Assembly: GCA_963719035.1 (NCBI GenBank)
Contig: CAVRAO010000006.1
Location: 155,851-219,850, forward strand
Source of the DNA: Methanobacteriota archaeon
Lineage (GTDB): Archaea; Halobacteriota; Bog-38; Methanoflorentales; Methanoflorentaceae
Length of the DNA: 64,000 bases
Direction of reading: 5' to 3'
Shown here: positions 31,436 through 42,969 of the stretch, in pieces
Layout: each line of letters starts with the position of its first letter
Position numbering within the stretch: position 1 is the first letter of the stretch
Notes under the pieces: generated by a model
Told to the model about the DNA's origin: nothing
Database searches by the model: none
What the model saw: the letters and a program-made list of their open reading frames with translations, nothing else
Program-made: the position numbers and the translations under genes

Positions 31436-31521
31436 CAGAGTGTCACGTAAAAACTGATCGACCTGTGCTAGCTAACTCTCTTCTGACACTAGTTCGTAAA
31501 CGTATGCAAGAATAACCCTTC

Positions 31522-32650
31522 ATGAAAGCCCTGATCGTTTCACCGTATTATTCCGGCGTTGGTGGATTACAGCAGTACCTGGTACAGAATTGCGGTTGGA
31601 TTGCACGATGCGGGAGTTGACACGACCGTGGTAACAAGTTCTCGCGTTCTACAGAGACCGGGCCCTTCGGTCATCACACTTCCGCAACTTACTACAGTTT
31701 CTAACACACCGTTTAGCTTGCGCTGGTTTGGATCTATCAAGAGGATTATCAAAGATCTTGACCCTGACATAGTAAATGGACACCTCCCGGTACCTTACAT
31801 GGCCGATGTCGCTGCGAGGGAATGCGGCGGTCACCCGTTTGTCCTGACGTACCACAACGACGCCGTAGGCATCACTCCCTTTACCAAGCTTCTAGTGCGC
31901 AGTTACTACGATATCTTAGGGAGAGGGACCATCAGGCGTGCGAGTCGCATTATTGCCACTTCTCAACGCTACGCCGAACGGTCTCCGTACCTTAAGGGGT
32001 TCGGTCAAAAAACTGCTATCGTCCCCCCCGGCGTCGATCTAGCGACATTCAATCCAGACGTACATTCCGGCTTTCTAAGAGACACTTACGGCCTCGAAGG
32101 GTCTATCATCCTCTTTGTCGGGCAGCTAAGCAAAACGCATCGGTTTAAGGGGCTCTCCATTCTCATTCGCGCGCTACGACAGCTCGATCCAAGCACGACG
32201 CTTGTGGTCGTCGGCGGGGGGAACTGGTTCTCACACTACAAAGCGGACGCAGAAAACGCCGGGGTTGCTGATCGGGTCGTTTTCGCTGGAATCATATCAG
32301 AAGAAGAGCTGCCTCTTTACTATCGGGGCGCAGACCTCACTGTGCTTCCCACTTACACTGATGCAGAAGGTTTTGGTATGGTCTTAGCCGAAGCGAATGC
32401 GTGTGGCAGGCCCGTTGTTGGGACGAACGTCGGGGGTATTCCATCGGTAATTCAAGACCAACATAACGGGTTGCTCGTAGAACCGGGAGATCTGCATGGG
32501 CTCGTACAAGCGATCAGAGCTGTATTAAGTGACGGTAAGCTCGCTGAGATGCTCGGCCACAATGGTTTCGAGAAGATCCGCAGCGAGTTCACGTGGGATC
32601 ACGCAGTTTCTCGCACGATGAAAGTCTACGATGGCTTAATATACGCTTAG
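31522..32650 (+). CDS. GT4 glycosyltransferase with an apparent one-base insertion near 31581
   Basis: ATG at 31522 gives MKALIVSPYYSGVGGLQQYL, which joins YRIAVGL...EGFGMVLAEANAC if one G is removed; length is 3n+1. Confidence 0.85.
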
Positions 32651-32716
32651 CTCAAAAATTTAGACGGAAAACAGACTGAGATACATTTTAAAGCGTTGAC
32701 CTCGAGGTAATGTTTT

Positions 32717-33934
32717 ATGAGAATTTGTATGGTGTCCAATCTTTACCCGCCATACGTTCTCGGTGGCGCTGAATTATACGTCCAGCATATTACAAAAAAG
32801 CTAAGCGCTCAGCATGATATCTCTATAATAACTACAGCTCCGTTCGGCACAGACAACGCCTCAGTTTCAAATCTAGAAGGCGAAGAAAAAGAATCGATCT
32901 ACCGGTTTTACCCGCTGAACCTCTACTCGACTTATAATTATGCGCTTAAGTCCATATTTATCAAGCCAATCTGGCACCTCATCGACGTGTGGAACCCCCA
33001 CGTCTATATTTTCGTAAAGGAGGTGTTAAAGCGGGAGATGCCAGAAGTCGTACATGTGCACAATTTTAAGGGGATGTCGGCATCGGTGTTCAGTGCCGCC
33101 AACGATTTGGGTATTCCCGTCATTCACACCGTACACGACTACGACCTTATCTGCCCTAAGACGACAATGCTGACAAGAACAAATGCCTCTTGCGTGACCC
33201 CCCACAGCTTGTGTCGCATCTATCGGTGGCTTTCCAAGCGCATTGCTCTGACAACTGTTATCGCTCCGTCTGATTTTATGCTTAAAACCCTTTCTAGCTA
33301 TGGACTCTTCCCCGATGTGCCAAAGATAATGCTCCCGCTTGGCATCGAGGAGGGCGAACCGGTACCAAGAGTGAGCACTGGCACGTTTGATGTACTCTAT
33401 GTCGGACGTCTGGGAAAACACAAAGGAGTCGACACCCTCATCGAAGCAATGAAAGGCTTAGATCTCAGGAATGCTCGACTGCACATAGTCGGGCAAGGCA
33501 GCGACAGGACACGTCTCGAGCGTGTTGCACACGACGATTCACGAGTTATCATCTATGGCTTTTTAGCCCCCGATAAGCTCCGAAAGCTCTACAGCATAGC
33601 TGATGTCGCTGCGGTTCCATCGATCTACAATGAGCCCTTCGGACTCGTTATCCCTGAATACTATCAACATGGCATCCCTGTCTTAGGCAGCCGCGCAGGA
33701 GCGCTTCCTGAGCTCATCACCGATGGATATAACGGCTACCTCTTTGAGCCTAGCGACGTTGCAGCACTCACTGCTTTTCTGAGAATATTATCGAGTGATT
33801 CGAGACTCCTTAGTGAACTCAGCACGAACGCACGCAGGTCTTCAAAGGCTTTTGACCTGCGAGGTCACGTGCATAAGCTCGAAGCGATATATGCAGATGT
33901 CGCCTTACGCCAAAGTTCTCCAATTGCGTGCTGA
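32717..33934 (+). CDS. GT4 glycosyltransferase
   Basis: MRICMVSNLYPP...GGAE, HTVHDY, YVGRLGKHKG and EPFGLVIPE motifs. Confidence 0.92.
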   Translation: MRICMVSNLYPPYVLGGAELYVQHITKKLSAQHDISIITTAPFGTDNASVSNLEGEEKESIYRFYPLNLYSTYNYALKSIFIKPIWHLIDVWNPHVYIFVKEVLKREMPEVVHVHNFKGMSASVFSAANDLGIPVIHTVHDYDLICPKTTMLTRTNASCVTPHSLCRIYRWLSKRIALTTVIAPSDFMLKTLSSYGLFPDVPKIMLPLGIEEGEPVPRVSTGTFDVLYVGRLGKHKGVDTLIEAMKGLDLRNARLHIVGQGSDRTRLERVAHDDSRVIIYGFLAPDKLRKLYSIADVAAVPSIYNEPFGLVIPEYYQHGIPVLGSRAGALPELITDGYNGYLFEPSDVAALTAFLRILSSDSRLLSELSTNARRSSKAFDLRGHVHKLEAIYADVALRQSSPIAC

Positions 33935-33967
33935 GCAACGAGTAAAAAACTAACTATCGAGGTTCGC

Positions 33968-35158
33968 GTGGATATTCTTTCAATAACCGTTCATTACGGC
34001 TTGTCTAAGCCTTCAAGCGGCGGGCAGAACAGGTACTCTCACATCATTCAAGAGCTTAGCAGGCGCGGAAACAACGTGATAGTGCTCGAGCCTCAAATCT
34101 TTTTTGATGCCAGCGACGTGGAATGCGCCAAGATCTATACATATCCAAAATACTCAATATTCGGAAGAAGTTTGAACCTCCTTAAGGACTTAGATATCTG
34201 GTTCCTTATCAAACTAATAAAGATTTTTCGACGCGAGCACATCGACTTGATTACTATTGACAGTCCTTACGGCGCTTTGGCAGTTAGACTCGCAGGTAAA
34301 CTAACCAAGAATGAAGCGCCAATCATCTACAGTTCTCACAACGTCGAATCTAGATTCACGAGCGAAGTTACGCCGCAATTTACGCAATTATCGCATCTAG
34401 AACGAAAAATAATACCTCAGTATGTAACCGCAGTAGAGAGACTGACTACGAGACACTTAGTGAACCACCTAACTGCAGTGAGTGATGCAGACGCAAGACT
34501 GTTTCGCAGAAAATATGGCCTCAGCAAAGACAAGATAACCGTGATTCCCAGCGGTTGTCAAATTAAGCCCCAACTTGAGAAGCAAGCAAAAAAGCGCCTG
34601 AGGGCGGAAATGGGCTTGGATCCTGATTCTGTAATCGTTGTGTTTCACGGCACCTATTCTTTCCCACCAAACAAAGAGGCGATCGAAACGATCATCGACG
34701 GCGTAGCGCCTGAGTTTGAAAATGACGAATCAGTCTTATTTGTGCTATATGGAAGTGACGTTCCCAAATTTGAGCGAGCTAACGTGAGGTCTTTCGGTTT
34801 TGTTGAAGACTTACACCAAGCCGTTTCTATAGCGGATATCGCATTGGTGCCCTTGAGAAGTGGGAGTGGCACAAAGCTAAAACTGTTCGATTACATGAAT
34901 GCGGGCTTACCTATAATCACGACATGGAAAGGTATTGAAGGGGTACGAGTTAACGAAAATGAACACGTTATTATCGTCGACACTATAGACAGAGAGATGG
35001 TAGAGTCCATCAAGTACCTCGTGCAAAACCCTCAAGAACGCGAGAGGCTTGGGTTGAACGCTCGGAGACTTGCTGAGGACGAATATAGCTGGGGTGTTAT
35101 CGGAGATAAATTGGATAGCACCTATCGAGGGGTCGAAAAACAAAGAGCTCGTAGATAG
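33968..35158 (+). CDS. GT4 glycosyltransferase
   Basis: HNVES, FHGTYSFPPN and GSGTKLKLFDYMNAGLP motifs. Confidence 0.9.
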   Translation: MDILSITVHYGLSKPSSGGQNRYSHIIQELSRRGNNVIVLEPQIFFDASDVECAKIYTYPKYSIFGRSLNLLKDLDIWFLIKLIKIFRREHIDLITIDSPYGALAVRLAGKLTKNEAPIIYSSHNVESRFTSEVTPQFTQLSHLERKIIPQYVTAVERLTTRHLVNHLTAVSDADARLFRRKYGLSKDKITVIPSGCQIKPQLEKQAKKRLRAEMGLDPDSVIVVFHGTYSFPPNKEAIETIIDGVAPEFENDESVLFVLYGSDVPKFERANVRSFGFVEDLHQAVSIADIALVPLRSGSGTKLKLFDYMNAGLPIITTWKGIEGVRVNENEHVIIVDTIDREMVESIKYLVQNPQERERLGLNARRLAEDEYSWGVIGDKLDSTYRGVEKQRARR

Positions 35159-35235
35159 AGGAATAGTTAATGAAAAAGCCAGCTCGCGGTCGCTTTTCAC
35201 CGTGGCTGTCAGTTTTTGTTTCTATAATTACAACG

Positions 35236-36664
35236 TCACGTTCTGCCGATTATGCTCTTAATGACGTCAACGTCTTGCTTCGTGAAGGTTCTAAGTGCGA
35301 TTAGAGTGGCGAAGTACACCCACACAACGACGCCGAATATGATGAAGATGTTGATTGGCCTGAGATAATACGCTACGACTGCTACCACCAATGACCCGAC
35401 CAGCGGTTTGAGCACGACCCGCTGCACCTGAATGAAGCACAGACTCTTCGAAGCGTAGTAGAAGCAGATAGAAAACGTGGTGAGCTCAGTTGCTACCATG
35501 ACGTAGCTTGCGCCAATGTAGCTGAACGCGGGGATGACAAGAAGATTGAGAACGATATTCACCACCACACCTAATCCGGTGGCATACATCACTACACGCT
35601 GCAAATTTATCGACGTCAGCGTTGTTGTAAGCACGAAATTAAGAAACAGAATAGAGACTGACCAGATGACGACTTGCAGCACGACGGCCGAGTTATAGAA
35701 CTGGCCGCCATAAACGATGTCGATGACCTTGTCTGCGAGCACCGTCGTGCCGAATGCGAGCGGAAGCCCGAGGATGAGCATGTAACGGAACGACTCGTTG
35801 TACACGATCTTTGTGAGGTCCCGCGAAGAGACGTGGAGCGTAGACATGACAGGGAAGAGCGCTCCCATGAACGCCGCTGGCACAAACGTCAATGAAAACG
35901 CCATGGTATACGCGGCGTTGAACCATCCAGTCGCAGCATCTCCCTGAATAAACGACAGAAGCAGCGTACTTATCTTATAATAGATAAGTGTGAAGAACAC
36001 AATCAGTCCAAAGGAAGGGGCCTCACTAAGCAAATACGTCAAGAAACGCCGCTTGAGCCTAAACTTCGGACGCGCAAACCGTACTGAGGCGAGCGCGAGA
36101 CTTGCCGTTAAGTTGATCAGGCTCCCGACGACGAACGCGAGGGCAAGTGCCATCAAGCCGTACCCGAGATATAGCACGATGATGCCAAGAACGACCGTCA
36201 CGCTCTGTTGAACGATGTTCAGGGTGGCGTCGTACTCCATTTTTTCGTGAGCTTTGAATGTCGCTCTGACGATCTGCGCGAGAGCGGTTAGCATGTAAGC
36301 GAGGACGGCGATGTACACGATCACGGCCTTTTCCTGCGGAAGGTCCATTAAGCCCACGAGGAGGAACAAGAATCCATAAGCGACCACAGAAAGCGCCGAT
36401 TCAACGAACAGGATGTTGCCAACGTAACGAGCGAGGTACATTCTTTTCCCGTGAAGTGTCCCGGATGATGAGGTTGCTCATACCAAAATCCGAGATAACG
36501 CCATAGACCTCCGCAAACGAGAAGGCAAAGGCATATATACCGTACCCTGCAGGACCGAGCGTTCGAGCGATGGCGATGGCAAGCGCGAAGCGTATCAGAC
36601 GGGTAAATATATCCGCAGAAGCCAAAACTGCGGTATTCTTGAATATCCGTCTCCTCGTGCTCAT
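35236..36664 (-). CDS. Oligosaccharide flippase (Wzx/MOP family), frameshifted near 36440
   Basis: MSTRRRIFKN...ARTLGPAGYG...DFG N-terminus and multi-TM remainder (ATGWFNAAY, FPVMS, SYIGAS) lie in different frames; length is 3n+1. Confidence 0.88.
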
Positions 36665-36863
36665 CTCGAACTCATTGTTTTTTCGGCGTTGCGACACAGG
36701 GCATTTGTACTAACAACGAACGCGTTCGTTCGACGGTTTCGCAGACCGGCTGACAGCCCAAAATCCCGTGAATTGAACGCGCAAAACCCACCGCACGTGG
36801 TAGACGTTTAAATCCTCATACTTGATAAAGCATATATAATCGTACACGTATAGAACGCCAAAT

Positions 36864-38789
36864 ATGAACTTACAGAGCCTTGGGCGCCCCAGTCTCGCCT
36901 ATTTGTTATTCCTTGCGTTGTGCGTACCGGTTATCGTATCGATTGGAGGGCCGATTCAGGTCTTTTGTGCTGGGGCAATCCTGTTCTTTTTCCCGGGATA
37001 TTTCACGTCGCTAGCACTTCTCGCCAAACAAAGCGTCGCCGGTAGGGTCGGAACGGCGATTGGCTTCAGCTTCGTGCTCCTGGCTGTCCTCGAAGTTGTT
37101 TACACAACTCTGCTGATCCGTGGGGAGCCCCTCACCATCGTTGGGCCACTTTTCTTGTGGACAACGCTTATGTTTGTATTTAGCCTGGCATTGAAACGCG
37201 AGGAGGCATTTATCGACTTCAATTCCTTGTTTAAGCTAGACACCATCGTAATTGTTGCGATGCTCCTCTTTGGGACCTTAACCCGAATTTGGTACCCATT
37301 AACGGTTGGCACGACCCCATACTTTGATCCGCTCTACTGGGCGACACGTGCAAGCTATTTCGTCCACACGGGTTTCACCGGTATACCCTCATTTTTAGCA
37401 GGCGGCAGTGGCGACTGGATACGAGAGCGGAGCTTCGAGTTAATGACAGGATCATTCGCCATGATTGGTCACGGCTCAGTGGTAGACATAGCAATTTGGT
37501 TCGGACCGATCGTCGGCATTCTCGCTTCAATCATGCTCCTAGCGGTTTTGGAACGGCTGGGAGTAAGCCTATCGGGCAAGGTCGTTGGGCTATTTTTGTT
37601 TGGCTCCATGTCACCACTCTTTGAGGTTTTCTGGAGGACGAATATCACGATAATGCAGGTCATTGGCACTTACTTCCTGTTTCTTGGCCTTTATCTCTGC
37701 GCTTCACAAGAGGCCGGTTCGTTTCTGTCTGGCGCATTCGTGCTCGGGCTCTCGATGGATATGCACATCCTCTATGGGATCTACACTCCTTTTATATTCA
37801 TTTTCGTGGTGATCGCACAGCTCATGAAACGGCAAAATACCCTTACAGCGTTAGCCTCCGTCCCCACCTATGCGATTGGGCTTATGCTCTTTGCCTGGCG
37901 GTTCCTTGAACGCGGCGTGCCGTCCAGCTTCACGCCGGGTCTCGTCACCCACAGCGCGGTGCCGTTTGCGATGCAATCGATTCTCCCTCTGTTTGCGCTT
38001 CAACTGGCGTACCCCGATCCGACATACATCCTGCTCTACGTAACGCCGCTCATCGCAGCGCTCGCGATCGTGGGGCTCGCAGGCTCTCGGATAACAACGA
38101 GTGAGTGGGAGCTCTCGCATCTCGTTCTGTTAGCGTTCGTTCTGGGCTTATTTGCCGGCTGGGTACTTTCAACGCTCTACTTCTCGTTCAACGCAGAGAC
38201 TGCCGAAATATTCCGCGGGCGTGGCGTGGCGTACGCTCAGGCGGTGCTCATACCTGCCGCGGCGCTCGGAGTCTCTATGATTGAGCGATCGTTCGGACGT
38301 CGAGCGGCGCTTATCTCACCTGGTCGAGTCGCTACTGTCGTACTTATTGTGCTTATCATCTTCACCAATGCGGCGGGGGTGATAGCCACGGACAAATATA
38401 CGTCCATAATTGGACAAGACGACTATAACGCGATACGGTATGTGGGACAGATTCCAAGCAACAGCACCAGGCTTGCGTTTTTCGCTAACGTTAATCCACA
38501 GGACCCGTATTTGAACGCAAGTTCCTCGCAACGCATCGCGCTCTTCTACGCCTCAAACCCGGCAGCGTTCGACAAGACACCGATGGCATATCGGGACGAG
38601 GTCTCGAACAGCACTGCGACGTTACAGGCGGCCATGCAGAGCGACAAGGGCTTCTACAATTACATAGTCCTTTCCGAGAAACTTAGCTACAGCGCTCGAA
38701 ATACCCTTGATAGTTACCTCAAATCAAACGGGTACACTGTAACTACGAGGTTCGGTGACGCATACGTTTACCGTGCAGCGTCGCGATAG
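36864..38789 (+). CDS. Multi-pass membrane protein, possible GT-C-fold glycosyltransferase
   Basis: More than 10 hydrophobic segments, FDPLYW motif after an early TM, soluble C-terminal domain; located in the glycosylation locus. Confidence 0.6.
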   Translation: MNLQSLGRPSLAYLLFLALCVPVIVSIGGPIQVFCAGAILFFFPGYFTSLALLAKQSVAGRVGTAIGFSFVLLAVLEVVYTTLLIRGEPLTIVGPLFLWTTLMFVFSLALKREEAFIDFNSLFKLDTIVIVAMLLFGTLTRIWYPLTVGTTPYFDPLYWATRASYFVHTGFTGIPSFLAGGSGDWIRERSFELMTGSFAMIGHGSVVDIAIWFGPIVGILASIMLLAVLERLGVSLSGKVVGLFLFGSMSPLFEVFWRTNITIMQVIGTYFLFLGLYLCASQEAGSFLSGAFVLGLSMDMHILYGIYTPFIFIFVVIAQLMKRQNTLTALASVPTYAIGLMLFAWRFLERGVPSSFTPGLVTHSAVPFAMQSILPLFALQLAYPDPTYILLYVTPLIAALAIVGLAGSRITTSEWELSHLVLLAFVLGLFAGWVLSTLYFSFNAETAEIFRGRGVAYAQAVLIPAAALGVSMIERSFGRRAALISPGRVATVVLIVLIIFTNAAGVIATDKYTSIIGQDDYNAIRYVGQIPSNSTRLAFFANVNPQDPYLNASSSQRIALFYASNPAAFDKTPMAYRDEVSNSTATLQAAMQSDKGFYNYIVLSEKLSYSARNTLDSYLKSNGYTVTTRFGDAYVYRAASR

Positions 38790-38791
38790 CG

Positions 38792-40456
38792 CTATCTCGT
38801 TTCTCTTGGTGCCCGCAGTATAGCCCCTTCACTTGCCGAGCTCACCGAAGCACCATAGCGTTTCAGGTAGCCACCTACGTCTTTCTCTAGAGGCTCCCAT
38901 GTCGCCTTTCTCGCCGCAAGCTCGTCGTCTGTAAGGTGCGCGGTGAGCCGGTGGTTCGGTATGTCGATGGTAATCTCATCACCGTCGTGCAAGAGCCCTA
39001 ACGGCCCCCCTTCAGCCGCCTCTGGCGAGATGTGTCCGATCGCAGCGCCACGCGTGCCGCCTGAAAAACGGCCGTCAGTAATGAGGGGCACCTTGAGTCC
39101 CATTCCCGAGAGTGCTGAGGTTGGCGCGAGCATCTCAGGCATGCCGGGCCCGCCCTTCGGTCCTTCGTACCGAACGACGACGACGTGCCCTTCCTTGATG
39201 GAACCGTTCAGAATGGCTCGCATTGCTTCATCTTCAGAATTGAACACACGTGCCGTTCCCGTAGAGCGGAGCATGTCGTCACTTACTCCAGCGCTCTTGA
39301 CGATGGCGCCATCCGGTGCAAGGTTTCCGTATAGCACTGTTATGCCGCCTGTCGCGTGCACCGGATCGTCGAGAGGTCTTATGACATCGTCACGGTAGAT
39401 GTAGGCGCCGTCGGCTATCTCATGGATGCTCATTCCTGAGCAGGTCATCTCGTTACTGAACAGCGTTCGTGCGCGCTTTATGATGCCGGGGATCCCGCCG
39501 GCCGCGTCGAGGTCACCCATCGTGTACGGGCCGCTTGGGCTCAAATATGAGATGTGCGGCGTTCGCGCGCTCAGTTCATCGAACAGCGTCAGAGGGAGCC
39601 GTATGCCCGCCTCGTGTGCTATCGCTGGGAGGTGCAGCGCGGTGTTGGTTGAGCCGCCAATCAGCATGTCGAGCGTGATCGCGTTGCGAAACGCCGCCTC
39701 AGTGACGATGGCGCGCGGCGTGACCTCGTCGCGAATGAGTTCGACTACCCGTTTGCCTGTGTTTTGGGCGATCCTACGCCGTCTAGCATCGACTGCGGGT
39801 GCCGTTGCACAATAAGGGAGTGCAAGACCAAGGACCTCCGTCAAGCATGCCATAGTGTTGGCCGTGTACAATCCCTGGCAGCTGCCGCACCCTGGACACG
39901 CTCGGTTGACAAGCTCCTCAAGGTGCGCTTCAGTCATTGTGCCGGCCTGCACACAGCCGACCCCCTCAAACGTCGACACGAGGGTGAGTTCCGTGCCTTG
40001 GTACTGCCCAGAGCGCATCGGCCCCCCCGTCACGACCATAGCAGGGAGGTCAAGCCGCAGCGCGGCCATTAACATGCCCGGAACGATCTTGTCACAAGAC
40101 CCCACTAAGACCAAGCCGTCAAACTGGTGTGCTTGCGCCATGAGCTCTATCGAGTCCGCAATGCTTTCGCGCGACGGGAGGGCGTACCGCATGCCCTCAT
40201 GCCCCATAGCGATGCCGTCGCAGATGCCGATTGTACCAAACTCGAACGCGACGCCTCCTGCAGTATACACGCCCTTTTTGACGAACTCAGCGAGGTCCCG
40301 CAGATGCAGATGACCGGGGACTATCTCGTTCCACGCGTTGGCGATGCCGATGAACGGGCGTTCGAGATCGTCGTCAGTAAGACCGAGCGCTTTTAGAAGC
40401 GCCCTTTGCGGTGCTCGTGCGAGCCCCCTCGTTATCTCCTTACTCCTCAGTGCCAT
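38792..40456 (-). CDS. ilvD: Dihydroxy-acid dehydratase
   Basis: ICDGIAMGH, CDKIVPG, CGSCQGLYTANTM, GGSTN, EGPKGGPGMPEM and TDGRFSG motifs. Confidence 0.96.
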   Translation of the reverse strand: MALRSKEITRGLARAPQRALLKALGLTDDDLERPFIGIANAWNEIVPGHLHLRDLAEFVKKGVYTAGGVAFEFGTIGICDGIAMGHEGMRYALPSRESIADSIELMAQAHQFDGLVLVGSCDKIVPGMLMAALRLDLPAMVVTGGPMRSGQYQGTELTLVSTFEGVGCVQAGTMTEAHLEELVNRACPGCGSCQGLYTANTMACLTEVLGLALPYCATAPAVDARRRRIAQNTGKRVVELIRDEVTPRAIVTEAAFRNAITLDMLIGGSTNTALHLPAIAHEAGIRLPLTLFDELSARTPHISYLSPSGPYTMGDLDAAGGIPGIIKRARTLFSNEMTCSGMSIHEIADGAYIYRDDVIRPLDDPVHATGGITVLYGNLAPDGAIVKSAGVSDDMLRSTGTARVFNSEDEAMRAILNGSIKEGHVVVVRYEGPKGGPGMPEMLAPTSALSGMGLKVPLITDGRFSGGTRGAAIGHISPEAAEGGPLGLLHDGDEITIDIPNHRLTAHLTDDELAARKATWEPLEKDVGGYLKRYGASVSSASEGAILRAPRETR

Positions 40457-40999
40457 ATGCCTAGCAAATGCGTTTGAAGCTATAAAAAGGGATGTGCTGG
40501 CTGCGTGAGCTCTTCAGCAGCCTATGACGTCGGGGTTGTAACGATAGAAGATATGCTCAAACAGGAGGCACGCACGCAGGTTAACACGTAAGTCATAAGG
40601 CCCCGCGCACGAATTCCCGACTGCGGGGCTATTTGCAGGCTGAAGTCGGGGCACCACTGCAGGCGAAATCAGACTTGAAAACATCGCCGAGTTTCACAAT
40701 GAGCCACGGTGACGAAACAGACGTCTTCGATATGCTCCCTACTTTTTTGGGCAACTCGCCTCTAAGTTTTTAGTAATATCAGCAAAGCCATTAGGAGCGA
40801 TCAAATCGCTAGCAGTTCATGATAGACGGCCTGAGCAGTATTAACGGGGAGATACGTGTCCGTTGCGTCAACGGGCTGATGACACGCATTTTCAACCCTG
40901 GAAAGAGATAAAAGTCTCATCGATTTAACGAACGAATCCGCGATGTTCGCGAACTATGTATAACTAGTAAACGCAGGTCGCAACCAACCAAGTGCGACA

Positions 41000-41308
41000 T
41001 CAACTAACGCTTGAACGACGCAAGTGCACTGCTATGGCAAAACAAATTATGATTGCTATTGTTAATTCAAAGGTTATTACGTCAACGCTATCGATTTTTT
41101 TGCTTGATACGACAATATATGCAGCCCAAAAGATAAGCCCTAAAACGATTCCCGAGCCTAAGAGTTGCATCACACGCTTGGATCGAACCTTAGACCATGC
41201 CCAGTCTGCCGTATTTAGCTTGTCAGATCCTATCTCAGCGCTTTCTTCAGACTCGCTGCCGTATTCAGGCCCGGTTAAGTTTTCTTCACTTATCTCTATT
41301 CTAGTCAT
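41000..41308 (-). CDS. Small membrane protein (2 TM)
   Basis: Acidic N-terminus and two hydrophobic helices. Confidence 0.55.
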   Translation of the reverse strand: MTRIEISEENLTGPEYGSESEESAEIGSDKLNTADWAWSKVRSKRVMQLLGSGIVLGLIFWAAYIVVSSKKIDSVDVITFELTIAIIICFAIAVHLRRSSVS

Positions 41309-41756
41309 CTTTTATGCTTTTCAGCGCGCTATCTGCTGCCTGAGCACGCTTATGATTTTTGCGCGCAGTTTTGGTAGAGCACTTGCTTAAAGCTGTCAAA
41401 GTTATAAGCATACCCTCTTAATAAACAGCTCTCGAATGTGTTTATCAATACAAGTGTTTTCTTCGTACTGCTCAACTTTGCTGTACCTCCCAATCTTTTT
41501 TCGTTTTCGCGAACGTCAACCTGAGCATGAACCGCGCACGCTAACTAGGGGTAATACTCTCGTTTTTCGAGATATCATCGCGGATACGCCACAACGGCTT
41601 CAGCTTTGAACGCTTGCGTGTGCCTGCAGATCGGTTGCAAGCTTGTTAGAAGGTTAATTTGCGCATAACGTTGCGGTTCCTGCGGTTGCTGTGACAGCGG
41701 CTAAATAGAGTTTTATAAAGGGTATTGTGATAATTACTGTAAGGGGGTGCTCGTAA

Positions 41757-41876
41757 TTGGAAGTTGACCCAAAAAAGCGCAGCCGTCAGGAGTTATTAAA
41801 ACGCAGCGTGGTGATTATTGTAGCGGTAATCATCGGGTTTCTCATCGGCATATATCTGTTAAATGCTGTACTGTAA
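41757..41876 (+). CDS. Single-TM micro-protein (39 aa)
   Basis: TTG start with GGGGGTG RBS and TTTTATAA box upstream; MEVDPKKRSRQELLKRSVVIIVAVIIGFLIGIYLLNAVL. Confidence 0.6.
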   Translation: MEVDPKKRSRQELLKRSVVIIVAVIIGFLIGIYLLNAVL

Positions 41877-42723
41877 GTTTTCTAAGTCGGTCGGCGCGTC
41901 GCTAACATGCGCGCACCAGAATACGTATCAGTACTTTTCGTGGGTTACGAAGCAGCGAGGTCGCCGGTATAGCTCGCAATAGTAAGCAGCTTATCCCGAT
42001 AGCCGCGTAACTCACACTTTACGTATTTCTCGCAGAGCGCGCAGTTCGTCATTATATATTAAAACAAGAAAGCAACTGCGTTAATTACTATCCAGCGTGT
42101 GTATCGTCAAAAGTATTGTTCCAAGGGATAATAGACGAAATACCTTTTTACCATCTGCCAGAACTGCTAAAAATATCGAACCGCATCTAAAGAAGTCGAA
42201 AAAAAGAGGATAAGAAACGGTGGCAGTTCTGGGAAAAATAGTATTTTCAACATACCCTAGGCCAATTACCCCCTCCTTTTTTGCTGTTTTTTACCCTTGC
42301 ACGTAAACTTGTATGAGGATAGGCTTAAAGGCCCCGTTTATGCGCTTCTTTTATTGATTTAGTGGCCTTAAAATGCCGCTAGAACGTGCTACTTTTCGGA
42401 GAGAAAATAACTATCGATACTATATAATTCGGTCTAAATTGGAGAACTAAATTATGTGCTTTTTCCGGCCCTTTTTTATCTCAATAGGCGAGGTCCGAAA
42501 ATACCCGTTATGATGTAGGGTGATATCTCCCCTTTCGACGTATCATAACTAGGCTGTTAGACTTGCTAATTCCGTTAAACCCTGGCGAGTGAGGGCAAGG
42601 TAGACATAACACCTGGGCCAGAATGCTATGCAAAATATGCGAAACTCCTTTCTTATGGGGTGAAAAATTAAAAAAAGATAGATATGTTGGTGTTGTGTGA
42701 TAATTACAAAGAGGAATTAATCA

Positions 42724-42966
42724 ATGATAATTGGTTTCACAATGGTGAACGTTGTTCGTGGCGCAGAACACGAAGTGTGGCAGGAGCTAATGAAGATTGG
42801 TGGCGTAACACAAGTCGTGCATGTTTTTGGAGAGTTTGATTATATCATCATCATCGAAGCGAACGAACTTTCCGAATTGAACCACGCGGTTGATGACATA
42901 CGGCTCATTCAAGGGGTTACGACGACACACACGTTTGTTGAACATAAGCTTGCATTTATGAAATGA
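42724..42966 (+). CDS. Stand-alone Lrp/AsnC ligand-binding (RAM) domain protein
   Basis: V(H)VFGEFDYIIIIEA and IRLIQGVTTTHT motifs; no HTH. Confidence 0.85.
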   Translation: MIIGFTMVNVVRGAEHEVWQELMKIGGVTQVVHVFGEFDYIIIIEANELSELNHAVDDIRLIQGVTTTHTFVEHKLAFMK

Positions 42967-42969
42967 GGT

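Noticed and set aside
279-40400. Numerous antisense or alternate-frame ORFs in the track (e.g. 14007-14549, 16073-16690, 38943-40396)
   Set aside because: They are shadows of well-supported genes and have no motifs of their own.
40598-40665. Overlapping inverted repeats (GCCCCGC/GCGGGGC; CCCGACT/AGTCGGG) as a riboswitch or ncRNA
   Set aside because: Stems are short, lie upstream of the apparent ilvD TATA box, and show no SRP, RNase P or riboswitch consensus that I recognise.
42150-42241. 10-bp inverted repeat CCAGAACTGC/GCAGTTCTGG and a KKRWQFWEK tail
   Set aside because: Too short; no target-site duplication, transposase or intact ORF.
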